From Rhynchopus sp. YZ270_cl-10 (Eukaryota), in NCBI GenBank assembly GCA_964035575.1, contig OZ037837.1, positions 310,001 to 374,000 of the forward strand: a stretch of 64,000 nucleotides of DNA, read 5' to 3'. Positions 48,018 through 60,900 of this stretch are shown piece after piece. Numbering within the stretch: position 1 is the stretch's first letter; every line of letters starts with the position of its first letter. Under the pieces are notes generated by a model that saw only the letters and a program-made list of their open reading frames with translations, was not told where the DNA came from and did no database searches. The position numbers and the translations under genes are program-made.

Positions 48018-51000
48018 TTAACACATTTCTCAAAAACTTCGGGTACCGGGTAGTCATGTGGCATGTGGCATGTGGCATGTGCTCTGGTGTAACCTACCTA
48101 AGTAGGCAGTGATATGGACCGTCAACCCTCCCCAATGTACCACATGTAGACAATGGCTCTGAAGGTTCGCACAAAAAAAAATCCTTTTTATTTACAGTAA
48201 TATTTTTGGTTGAGAAATTTTGCCTACATTGTTGGGCGATCTATGGCCGTCTCCGTGTGAGCTGTTGTGTGAGCTTTTTGTGAGACGCTACTGAGAGTGA
48301 AAAAAAACAAGTAATTGCTATCGGAAAAAAAACGGGGTGTGATGTGGAACTCCATCCTGTAGAAATAATCTACAACACGCCCAGCATTCTGCTCTTCTGC
48401 AGGTATGCTAACGCTCTTCGTACGCTGCCAGACCCACTGGGACGCCAGCAGAAACGTTCAAGAAGGGGGGCTGTCCTCTTCGTCCAGCACCATCTGCTCG
48501 ATAGCGTTGTTGGACGCCCGCTCGGCAGGCTCGGCGTGTTCCAGCTCGTTTTTGTCCACAGGCTCCCCACATTGTCGTCGTCGTTGGAGCAGTGCGGAAG
48601 GAACACAGAATGCACAGACTACAACACATCGATCACACCAGGCACATCAGCACCTCCAGCAAATCGCCAGGATGCTACGGTGGTTTCGAAAATCGCGCGG
48701 AGTTTTCCACAGCACACCCGTTTTTCCTTAGCAATTACTTGTCCTTGTTGTTACTGTTATTTTCAACCACCTTCCTTCAACCCTTGTAGGGATCAGTTGT
48801 AATTTTTTTCGCGAAAACATGAAATTATACATTTCAAGAGAACAAATTAAAAAGGGTCCTTGTTTGCATTTTTGGGCTCCGCCCGTGCAGTGGTGGGGTC
48901 AATCTCGAAAATTGGATAATTTTTTGACTACTTAAATTTTGAGAAATATGAGCCCGGTTGCTTATACGTGGGGCCCATTTTCAGCTAAAATTTTCCTCAA
49001 AATCTGGTTTTGTAAAATTGACCCTTTCCCCCCCCCACATCGATTTCAATACTATACCTTACTTCACCTACGGTTACCCTTACAGGGGGGTGAAGGAAGG
49101 TAAGTTGAAAATCTCTCCCCGTTCATAGATCACCCAATTGTTATTGTGCGGCGATGGGAGGAAAATTATTTGATTAATAAGTGAAGAAAATGCAAAAAAA
49201 AAAATCGCACGCTGGAAAAATATGATGAAGATATTATTTTCAATCGAAAGATGGAGTTTTTTGTCCATCAGCGTTGTCTCCTCTTTTGTTGAATAAAAAA
49301 TCTTTTGTTTTTTTTTTGCAAATAAAAAAGTAGGGCCGGAAAATAGTATTTTATTGTAAGACGAACCCAGCCTCACTGTGTCGCCCTGAAGCTTTTTAGG
49401 GAAATAAAATCAAAAATCTTCTGCTGACGGTTGTGGTCGAAGGTACCACGAAACACTCCTGCGAACCCATGAAAGAGGCACAACTCGCATTGGGGGGTGA
49501 TTGGTGAGGGGGTTTTTGAAAATGTCCTTTTTTGATAAATTGTTGGAGTAGTGTAGTTGCCTCGGTTGTGTTGCCACAGTTGTGCAATCACCACTGTAGT
49601 TTTTTTTTTTGTTTGTTTTGAAAGTAATTGTACTCTGTTTAATTTTGGTGAGGGGTATTCAGGGGTGAATGGTTACAATAATTGGTACATTTTGCTATTT
49701 ATTTTTGAAACTTTCTGATTATCCTTTGGTCCAATCAACCCTGCTGAGGCAGAGCGGCCGCGAGTCTTATTCTGTTCAAGGGTAGTCCTGGGACCGGCCC
49801 CAGTTGGTGCCGTTTTTCCCGATCTGTTACGTCCATGTTGGATGGTTTCCCTTTTTTTGAAGGTTTCTTCTAGAACGAGACATTCCACCATTGGAAAAAA
49901 AGGGGGGTAAAGAAACTACACCTTCCCCCAAAGCTATAGTTATTGATACAATTTTTTTTTGGACTTTCTGTGTAAGGGCTTTTTCGTTGTTTCTTTGTTG
50001 ATCGCATCCATCCGGGAAAGTACGGGGGAGAGGTGGAGCACAAGGGGGGTAGGGGAAAACGGTAAGACTCATGGCACCCGAAGAGCGCGTCTTTCATTTT
50101 CCAGACGTATTGCATACTCGTACAAAAGAAAAGGTGTTTATTGTTTATTGATGCAGGAACCTACGACTGACCCACGATGCCAGCCATCTGGATGAAAGCA
50201 TAAAGTACCCTGCGGCAAACAACAGAAAGGTGTAAAAAGTAAAATACAAAAGAACAGGTTTAGAGATGAAGACACTGCTTTTTAGTCAACCCTTTTTTAA
50301 AAAATAAATGATTTGCAAGAATACTATAGTCGAGAGGTCTCGAGGGGTGTGGATGATTAAAAAAATATGGGTCAAAAAACATTATCGAAAGGATCCTACC
50401 AGAGACGTGGCCGGGAGAGCCACGGCTAGCCCACATCTTTTGCTTTATTCATTTCAGTTATATTTTTTGTGCCGACATATTTCCTAAGCGTACTACCATA
50501 GTACGTGACTAGGGTCTGTACGTAGTGTTCGGACAAAACGGGAGTTTGAATTTGAAAAATGTTTTTGTTTATGGTTTGCACTCTTTGTTTTTGCTTTTAA
50601 TGTGTTTATGTTTTTTTTTGCTTTTTTTGATCCATAACCAAAGCTATGTGCGAACCTTAATGTAGTTTCCAGATTCCACAGACTGGAGGACACTGAAAAG
50701 AAGTCCAATCTTTTTTCTTTTTTTTTGTGTTTCTTGCTTTCACGCAAGGAGAGGTTTTGGGGAGAGACACTTAAGAAAGCGTGAAAGCACGATGAGAAAA
50801 AAAAATCTGAAAACTAGGTGGGATGTAACATTTTGAATGACACTGACAACACTTTCTTAGGTTCTTGAAAACTTGGTTGTATTAGTGTAGACACCCGAGG
50901 ATGAACTCCACTATACAAAACGCTGTTCTTTTTTGCAGCTGTTGTACGTTGACATCAAAATTATACGTTGTACAAAAACAAATTCATATACTTTCAAATA

Positions 51001-51083
51001 AAATTTGAAAGTATTAGGGAAGTGTATAAAAAACAACAACAACCCATCTTTTTTTAAAAATTCCTTGTTGTACAAAAAGAAAA

Positions 51084-52586
51084 GGGGTAAGGACATTCTG
51101 GTACCCCCAAGTTTGACTTTTGGACAATTCAGACCCACAAGGTTTCGATAAAGACACTTCAGACCCACAAGGTTTACGATAAAGACAGTTCAAACCCACA
51201 AGGTTTACGATAAAGACACTTCAGACCCACAAGGTTTGCATTTTGGACACTTCAAACCCACAATGTTTGCGCTTTGGACAGTTCAGACCTTGTGGGTCTG
51301 AAGTGTCCAAAATGCAAACCTTGTGCGTGTTTTCTTCTTCTAAGGTGCTTGCTCTCCATACCTAGACCCTCGAATTTATTTTTTCCGCCCCCACACGGTG
51401 GAGTCTGACCAAAATGGCCTGACCCTTTTGGCCGGACTAAAGGACGGACCCCTGAGTCCGGCCAGGCGGACCGTGGGTCCGCCTGGGCGTGGGTTGCGGG
51501 CCGTGGGTCCACCCAGGTACCCTGGTGTACAAGGAAAAAAGTCGTGAAAGAGCAACCACAGCTCCGCATGACAAACACAAAGTGTCCAGTCACGTGGGGC
51601 ATTCATGCACTGAGGAGATAATGATCCAACAATTTACAAGAAAGCATTACTTAACCTACTGCTGGAAGTTGCCAGGTCGTAGTAACACACAAAGTGTGCC
51701 TCCGTTCGGGAAGACCGGATATTCTAGAGACCAAAAAGGCCTCTTCCGCTGGTCAAGGTATAACCATTCACCAGGAGGTGAACGGCCCAAGACCCCCGTG
51801 GAGAAGTTAAATGTTGTAATGCTATCAAGTACAAACTGCGACCACTGTCTTACCCTCCTCAATGCATGGTGGAAGATGTCTTTGACAACAAATATCCTGT
51901 ACCCAGGTACCCATATTCCCAGACCCACGCAGCACTACGCAAAATTTACCACCAGACCCTGTCTTCGTGCACCTGAAGTACAACGCCGCAGACAGGCCAA
52001 ACATGCGTTGGACTCAGAGGAATGCCTGCTGTGCAGTGTATCAAACATGAGAACCAACTCCCAGAAACAAGGGGCGCCTTTTGGCGGGCGTTGTTGAGGG
52101 TGTTTGGGGTGCAAAGTTTTCCACAATTTTGATGCGCGGGTACAGAAGTGTTGTCTTGTTCTTTCATCTCTAGGAATGTAAATGTCAATCGCGTTTAACT
52201 ACCACTAGGGCTTGTTCAGTGAACCCACAAGGGGTCGAAGGGGGTTGGTTATCCCATATCTATCAAAGGTTGTGTCGACCAGGCGAATCCACTATGTACG
52301 CTGTATGATGATAAATCCGAAGAAATAACAGTGCATAGCAACTGCAGGAAGTTTATTAAAAAGAGTGCCTCACGCTACACAAACCACCACCCGCGATTGA
52401 CTTGATGATAACTAGATGACTCTATTTTCTTCAGACCACAAGGTTCAAGGTTTGCATTTTGGACGACCCACCAGGTCTGAACTGTCCAAAATGCAAACCT
52501 TGTGGGTCTGAAGTGTCTTTATCGAAACCTTGTGGGTTTGAATTGTCCAAAAGTCAAACTTGGGGGTACCAGAATGTCCTTACCCC
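51084..52586. mobile_element. Mutator-like non-autonomous element, ~90-bp TIR with 29-bp subterminal tandem repeats, 9-bp TSD AAAAGAAAA
   Basis: ggggtaaggacattctggtacccccaagtttgac at left and its reverse complement ending 52586; TSD at 51075-51083 and 52587-52595. Confidence 0.88.
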
Positions 52587-53471
52587 AAAAGAAAAGTTAG
52601 ATTCATTTACTTTCAGTTCGCAGAATGGAAAGTATTTGAGAGGGTCAACACATGCACGCTCTCTTTTTTTGTTTTTAGATAAAAAGTTATTTCATAATAT
52701 TATACATTCCTCTCTGATGAAATGAAGGTATAGAAGGTGCTAAAAAAGTATAAAGAGAATAGTTTTGGCCCCTACCCCGGACACTGGAGGGAGTGAGATA
52801 TTTTAAAAATAAAATAAAAGCCAAATTTCTGGGGTGGGGAAGGAAATCTAGGCAGGGGTTGAAGAAAAGAAAAACCCCCAAAAAAAATTTGGAGAAGAAG
52901 AAAAAACAAAACAAAACAAAAATGCGTTCTTTTGGGGCTACTAAACTTTTTGCCAGAGAGAAGTGCCCCGAATCAGCATTTTCCCAGAAGAAAATGTATT
53001 CAATTTTTCTTCAGGAAAATCCCTTTTGGTGAGTTTTTTTCAACGGTTTTAAAAAGCGAGAAGGAAAAAAAAGTGGGTAAACAGGTCTAGCCTTCGAACC
53101 TGTAGAGGAAAATACACTTTATTCCATAGCGACAACGAGAATGAAGGAACATGAGCGAGAAAAATGCCAAAAAAAAAAAATCGTCGACCCCAGAAGAGGA
53201 AGCCAGAAGATTTGGCAAAAATTATCGGTTAAAAACAAAACTAAAAAACAAAAAAAAGACAGAAAAAATAAATGAAAAGATGCAGTCTCAGAAGTACTGC
53301 ATCTTTTGAAAGAAAAAAACATTTGTTGAAAATAGAGAGAGGCAGGGTTTCAGGGGTAAAATGGGTCCAAAAAAAAGAATCGAAAAAATTGTGTCCCTTC
53401 AACTCCAAAAGGCACACTGATTTTTTTTGAAAAGGGGGTTTTAAAAAGTCTTGAAGTTTTGAATAGTTTTA

Positions 53472-53584
53472 GGGGAATAGTCAGATTTACCCTATTTTGA
53501 AAAAGTTCAGACTTGCCCTAAAAAAGATTTTAGGGAAAATCTGAACTTTTTCAAAATAGGGTAGGGTAAATCTGACTATCCCCC
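53472..53584. mobile_element. Foldback MITE, Mutator-like
   Basis: ~50-bp arms; flanks atagtttta / aaagttata match at 7 of 9 positions. Confidence 0.65.
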
Positions 53585-53656
53585 AAAGTTATAACATGCC
53601 ACACTGCGCCGCGGTGCAAGAAAAAAAAAACCAATGCACACAAAAACGTCCACGGG

Positions 53657-54515
53657 CAGCGGTGAAAATCTTGGGCAGTAAGCCCGGGAAAACCCGGGCT
53701 TAATTAATTTTGCGCAGAGCAAGCCCGGGTTCGAAGGCCGGGTTTACCCGGGCTTAAGCCTGGGTTTTCCCCGGGTTTTAACTTTTCTGGGGTGGGCTGC
53801 CCCACCCCGCTCCGGGGAGTGTAGCCTCAGGGTGCAGCCCGGGGTAGTCAGTCGCCGAAACGAAGCTCTGTTGACAACAAAATCAGTAAAGAAAACACAC
53901 ACGTCTATACTCAAGGGTTACCCACACCCAGAGCGCGACTTAATTGGTCAAACGCCGAAGGAAAAGGAAGCATGCAGCATGGCGAAATAATAAAAGTAGC
54001 GTACCGTGCGCCTGCGGCGCAAGATTGCAACCCACCCTTCCCATCACATAATTTGGCTGTAAAAATGTGCAAATATAAGCTCAATTTTTTGAAATGGTGC
54101 GTACCGTGGCTTCGCTTTGGGTGCCATGACCGCCCTTTCTTTGTTATAAATGTACTGTGGCTACTGACAATTCGCGCCTGGTGCACGAATTGTTATCAAT
54201 GAAGTGCTGAATTAGATAACCGAGGAATTTTCATATTCCGCCGGAGGCAACTTGAGCTGGGTTGGGGACCCGGCTCGACCGAGTTTCAGCGAAAACCCCC
54301 AAAACCTATAATATCCCCTGCGGAGGGGAAAATTATTTTTTTGGGCTGACCGAGCCAGCCCCTCGTGGGCGGAATTCTCTTTTGAACCCTGGGTTTGCAG
54401 AAAATTTTTTTACACCAGTATTTTAATTATTTTCACAAAAAAAACCAAGCCCGGGTACAAACCCGGGCTTCGAATTAATTTTGCTAGCTGGGGAAGCCCG
54501 GGATTTTCAACCCTG
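53657..54515. mobile_element. hAT-type MITE, 8-bp TSD TCCACGGG
   Basis: cagcggtgaaaatc / gattttcaaccctg; TSD at 53649-53656 and 54516-54523; clustered CCCGGG motifs at both ends. Confidence 0.85.
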
Positions 54516-55563
54516 TCCACGGGGGTGTTTTTTTTTGTCCCCCAGACTTCATACGAGCACAGATATCGCACAGCAAAAATTCGCGCGACACATTTAAAAT
54601 AAAACTCTTCCTTTTATTAGATAGATATTCAGTCAAAAAAGAAACGAAAACAAGAAAAAGAGAGAGAGAAAGCTTTTTCGTTGATCCCTTGAGTGAATGG
54701 GTAATTCGGCAAAGCACTATCTAAAAAACAGAGTTTTATTTTTATATCACGATTCTCGTATATTCAAAAAAAGTCCCCCCCTCCCATTCCATCTTTCGTT
54801 TAGTTGGTTCGCTATCCACGTCATACACACTAAAGAAAAGGAGAAATTCTCAGAAGAAGAAGAAGATATTTAAAAAGAATGTAGCATGTGCCACAACGTA
54901 CTCGAAGACACTCAAAAAAAAAAATGTTGATAAAGTTGGACTAAGCCTCGAGACGTAATAGCCAAAGGTCATTTCAGAAGTGGTCAAAGTTACCACTCGT
55001 ATGGCCCTGCTTCTGGTGCTTGGTATCTCGTTACAACATATCTTTGGGCAATGAGGGGAGAGAGTCATCACGGGATGAGGGGTCTCGATGTTATTTGAGG
55101 AGAAAGTGAAGCGTTTTCACGTCATGAAGTGAAAGTGAAAGTCTAGGAAACGACCTTAAAAGCGTATAAGACCGACCAAAACCTCAGTGCTTCGTAACCT
55201 TAAAAAAGAAATAAAAAAAATGACGTTGGTACTAAAAAAAAGAAAGTTGACTTAAAAATGAATGTGCATTTCGTGCACACACATCTAAAGACTGGAAAAT
55301 ATCTACTTGAAATACAAAAGCCCGCTCGTGAGAGTACATAACTGGTGCATCGGGGGGACCCCGACCATGCAGTGCTACATCCATTTTTAGGTTTTGATAA
55401 ACGTTATACACGGATGCTGCCAGATCTGGCCAGATCTGGCCAGATCAGGCTTTTTTCTAAATCGGGTCCAAAATTTCCCAAAAACCGAAAATCAATAGTA
55501 AAAAAAGTGCGCAACATACCTGTGCATTTTCCCCCAAAAAAAGTGCGTTACCCCCCCCCCCTA

Positions 55564-55782
55564 GGCATAGTGTGCAGACGAACAAAATGTTCGTCGATGT
55601 TCGTCGTGGGGGGAAAAAAAATTTTTGTTCGTCGATGTTCGTCGTTGTTCGTCGTGGGTTGCCCTTGTGGCAGGGACCTGTTCGTCGATGTTCGTCGATG
55701 TTCGTCGACGAACATCGACGAACAAAACCGACGAACATTTTATTCGTCGACGAACCAAAAATGTTCGTCTGCACACTATGCC
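55564..55782. mobile_element. Nested MITE, TIR GGCATAGTGTGCAGACGAACA, TA (or CTAG) duplication, 10-bp internal repeats GTTCGTCGAT
   Basis: Perfect terminal inverted repeat between C-run-CTAG and CTAG-G-run. Confidence 0.8.
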
Positions 55783-57651
55783 TAGGGGGGTCCACGTAGA
55801 AGGAATTCCTTAAGGATTTGCTGTCCCAAACCCATTTTTTTGAAATTTAGGTGAAGAAACCCACTAAAAAGGTCGTACCTGGCCGCAAATCGCCCTGGGG
55901 ATCACGAAAATATCCCATTAAACCACCTGACAACCTCTACAGAGACTTTCCTGGTTAAAAAAAATCGGTTTTTTGTGAAAAATCTCCAAAAATAGCGTCA
56001 TCAAATCGTCATCAACATGGGCCAAAATGCAACACTTACCAAAAAAATTCTCCAATCAGACAAAAATCCTTCTAAACACCCGAAAAACACCCCAGTCCAC
56101 ATCCGGTGGGGTCCCAGGGTGGAAATATATAGTTTTTACAGCTTTTAGGGGTCCTGTGTGGGCCCCAGATGCATTTTGCAGTGGGTGTGTGTGCCCCAAA
56201 CGCTTAAAAGTACCCTTTTTTTAGTCACTTTTTTGACTTTTTTTGTACCTGAAAACCCCCAAAAAAGTGCCAAGGTAGTCGGAATGGTGTCCAAACACCC
56301 AGGAAAATGTCCCCCAGACCCCATGTAGGGTGAAAAATAGCATTTTGGGCACTTGGGAGGGTTTTATAGGCCATGCAACACTTATGCAACACTTAAGCAA
56401 CGGCTATGCAACGCCTAGCAGAAGACCACTTATTTACCAAAAAAAAATAATACCAATTCATTCAAAACACCAAAAAACCACCTCGGTCCACCCCCAATGA
56501 GGTCCCGAGGTGGACATGTGTGGATTTTGCAGCTTTTTGGGGTCCCTGGGGGGTTTTTGAGGGTGTTTTTGTGTCTGCAACGCTTAAAATAACGGTATTT
56601 CCCCCCATCCTTTTGACGTATTTCGCACCCAAAATAAAAACCCTAAAAGGCGTATTCAGGCAGTCGCAGAAGTGTCTAAATCCCTCCGAACTGCCTGACA
56701 GACCTCCCGAGCTGTGGAAAATCGCACTTGCAACACTTACTGGGGCTTTTTGGTCCCTGAAAATGAGAACGTACCCTGTGCCTAAGTGCAGTAAAGCCTT
56801 CCTTGCCTCCTCCTATGACCAATGATTCGTGCGAATCCATTGTCGGTGTCCTTGACCAAGTTGCAAGCCACCACGGAAGGAGCCAGCACCCCGACAACAC
56901 CGACCCACTGTCGCTGAAACCTAGACATCCTCTACAGTCTAGGTTGGGTTCCGTATCTCTCAAGGGAAGAACTTGCCGCAGGATACACCAAGCGCACCAC
57001 AAAGGCAGGTCCATGCAAATCACCCAGAAGTAGCAACTTGAAAAGTACAACACTAGAGTGCTTCATCTCTTGACAAAGACAGAGTTGCAGGAATTTGCGG
57101 CAGATTGTGCACCCCTTCACGACGAAGACACCGGTACGATGAATAAGGAGCCTCTGGTCGATATGCTGTCTCAGTGAGCAGTACAGGGATTCTATAGGCA
57201 TATTAGGGGGTATAATTCCATGGAAAAAAGCGGAAAAAGCGGAAAAAAACACCAAAAAAATCAGAAAAAAGTGCGAAATAGTGCTCAAAAGTGTGTTTTT
57301 CGTGGTTTTGGGTGATTTTTTGGGGGTTTGGGGGTGTTTTGAGGTGGTTTTTCGGGTTTTTCGCGGGTTTTTACAAAAAAAAGTGGTTTGGGACAGCAAA
57401 AACGGCCGGACGGACCCCCCTACCCCCCCCCCCCCCCTGAAAGTGCGTTTTGTCGCATTTCCGAGCCGATCCCGGCATGTGGTGGGGTCATTTTGGAAAA
57501 ATGGACATTTTTTTGAGTAGTTGAATTTAGGGTGACGGTCTCGAAAACACTTCGCCGGTTCGTGTGCACGTGAAGCATGCTACGGGTTTAACGCCATCGC
57601 GTGTACGCAACACCTGCGCCGCTGTGACACTTCGCTGGTTCGTGTGGTTAT

Positions 57652-57940
57652 GATAACGAAACGGTCTACACATGCGTTGCACACAACGGTCTTCGTATAC
57701 GATACACACAACGCTCTGTATATGCGATACACGCGTTAACGGCAACGTGTGGTTACCAAGCGCTGCCCACCTTCGGTGGGCAGCGACTACGGCGTCCTAG
57801 CGCCGCGGAAACACTCTTGCAGGCTCGTTTGGTGATAACGGAACGGTCTACACATGCGTTGCACACAACGGTCTTCGTATACGATACACACAACGCTGTG
57901 TATATGCGATACACGCGTTAACCGTAACGTGTGGTTACCA
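57652..57940. repeat. ~107-bp direct repeat (57652-57758 and 57834-57940)
   Basis: gataacg.aacggtctacacatgcgttgcac...gtgtggttacca occurs twice. Confidence 0.85.
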
Positions 57941-60900
57941 AACGCAACTCGTACCGTGTGTGGCCCATGCATGGTTCTCACAGCTCGCTGGCACGTTTCC
58001 CAAGCCGGAAACCCGGTTACCTGCCTGAAGAACCGAGTTTTTGGCCAAAACGCCTGTTTTGCCTGTAGAACCCTGTAGAACCCTTAAGATACACGTGTTT
58101 TGCTAAGGCAAAAAGGGGTACTCGCGACACCCTGGAATCAGGGTCTGCCAGGGGTCCCAGCTTGCAGGCGGAGGAAAAATAGAACTGTGTTATTTTTTCT
58201 TCAAAAATGTTGTTTTTGGACAGTTTGAGGACATGACGACCACCATTTTTTTTTCTCGGTCACTTTATCCCTAAGAAACCCACCTCCTTCTACCGAGTAA
58301 AAAAAGTGCGCTGGGTGGGACCTTAAAGCCGGGAAATAAAGTGCGCACATTTTATTTTTTCAAAACCCCAATATCAATACCTGATTTAGAAAAAAGCCTG
58401 GGCCAGATCTGGGAAATTTTTTTTTTTTTTTGAAAAAAAAATTTTTCCCAGACGTCCCAGATCTGGCCACATCTGGGAGATCTGGGACGTCTGGGAAAAT
58501 TTTTTTTTCCAGGTACCCCCAATGACATAACGAAGTATCGCTTGAAGTACCATTCAATATACGTTGCTCGTGTGTGCAAGTTACGAATATAGGACACACA
58601 AGGTATATCAAACGATAAATCAATCAGATAAACGTTACATCATTGGAAAATTGTTGGCACCGCCGCCCTGTCTTCGTATTTATTACGTCGACAGGCCAAA
58701 CAGCGTTGGGCTCAGAAGAAGCAGTGCAAAACACTGCGGGATCAACATGAGAACCAACTCCCAACAACACAGGCTACCGAAGTAGCAGGTGGGGTGTTGC
58801 GGGTGTTTGGGGTGAAAGAAAATCGATTTTGGTAAGTTACAGCAGAAAATTCTTAAGTTTGCACAATTGAGAAGGGTGTTACCACTGCCTAATAATATTC
58901 GTACATGTGAACCGGTAAGGTCGAGAAGGGTGGACACGGCATACAAGTACAAGTACAAGTAAGACGTACCTTCTACAAAGGCTGAATTCGCAATTCTTAA
59001 GGGATTGAATTCAGCCCCCACGTGGTGTTTTTGAGAAAATCATTCCATGGTATACAGCTAATGGTTCCCGAAGAATGATTCGCCCCTCCTCGTTCATGCA
59101 AACTTAAGAAAATTCTGAAGTAACTACAACCTGGCGTGCGGGTACAGATGCATTGCTTTGTTCTTTCCTCAAAGTCATGTGTGATCTCTCGGGTCTGTAC
59201 TAAAGTCAGTGTTTAGATAAGCATCCACTTGACTCGTTCTAACAACCGTTGAAATCTAGAACAAAACATTACACTGCCCCTTCTCACACCAAGCCGCCAT
59301 GCTTCAAGAGCATGCCCTGGGCAAAAATTACTCTGACAAAAATTGGTTTTCTGGGGGAACGCGATATTTTCTTGTGCCTAGTCCTCCGCAAGAGCAGAGG
59401 ACAGACTTTCCGGATCCCGAAGTCGAATTTCTTGCACTAGCTATGCTCCCTGGGTTAAATGGCTATAGCAGTGACTGACTAAGAGTTTCATAATAATTAG
59501 GGTGGTCTATGAGGTGGGTTAATGGAAAAGTTGGTATATAAACCCGACTTTTACGATCGCCACCTGGTTTTGAAATAATTGCACCAGCTCTTCCGTCGGC
59601 ACTGCTTCACTGTCACGATGAAGGATCGTCGGTTCGGGTACCTGTTAAGAGAAATTGAATGTAAAAGTAGAGACTACAACAAAAAAACAAACAAACAAAC
59701 AAGAAGCCGCCCCGTACCCCTTAAACGTAAAAGTGACATTTTTGTTGACAAAAAAAAAAAAAATAGCTAAAAAATAGCGGACATGTCGAAAAGGGAGAAA
59801 ACCGGGGGGTTAAAAACATACCTTGCACTCGGCCCACTCTCCAGGTACAAAGAACATCACTGCACGACAAACCCACTACTACGATAGAAAATAACTATTT
59901 TTTACCGAACAGAAAGGTCGTTTTATTGATGAGTGTTTTCTGAGTGCACACTCAGTGGGGACAAAATGCAACACTTACCGAAAAAATTCTCCAATCGGAC
60001 AAAAACCTTTCTAAACACCCAAAAAAAAACACCTCAGTCCACATTCGCTGGGGTCGCGAGATGGAAATATATGGTTTTACAGCTTTTGGGGGGTCTAGCG
60101 TGGGTCCCAGATGCATTTTGCAACGGGTCTGTGTGTGTGCCTCAACCGCTTCACAGTACCCTTTTTTGTAACTGAAAACGACGCATCCTGTACCTAAGTG
60201 CACTGAAGCCTAGCTTGCGTCCTCCTTCGTGGTTTTGGGCGTTCGCATGCGAGAATCATTATCGCATTCTCACATGTAATTCTCGCATCACGGAGAGGAT
60301 TTTAGCGTTACGTGACCACAAAAAAAGTGCACAAAATTAGTTTGGTCAAAAATCACCTTGCACTTGTGAAGGAATTGCTAAGGAAATGTGAAATATGCGT
60401 GTTTTGGTACACAAAAGTGCGTTTTGGGTGGTTCTGAAGGGTCAAAACACCAAAAAAAAAATGCGTTTTTTTGCATTTTTGGTCACCCAAGGACCCACTA
60501 TTTTGGTTGATATTTTTTTTTTCCCTTTGCGAAAAAATACCCAAAAATCACGGCTATAAAAACGCTAAGGAAAAATCGATATTCATTTTTTGGGCAGAGA
60601 AGTGCGTTTTAGGCGCCCACAGATGGTCAAAACATCAAAATTTTTGTGTTTTTGGCATCTGGACACCCAAGGACCCACTATCAGGGGTGAATTTTTTTTG
60701 CCTGAGATTTGCCTTTGCCAAAAATCGCAAAAAAAAATTATGAAGGAAATTGCTAAGAAAAAGTCGAAATTGTGGGCCCCTGTACTGCATATGGCGGTAC
60801 CAGATCGTCAAAACACCCGACTCTTACTTTTTGGTACACAAAAACCCTGCTCAGGGGTCAAAATTTTCCCGGAAAAAAAAATTTTTTTTTTTCGAGATTT

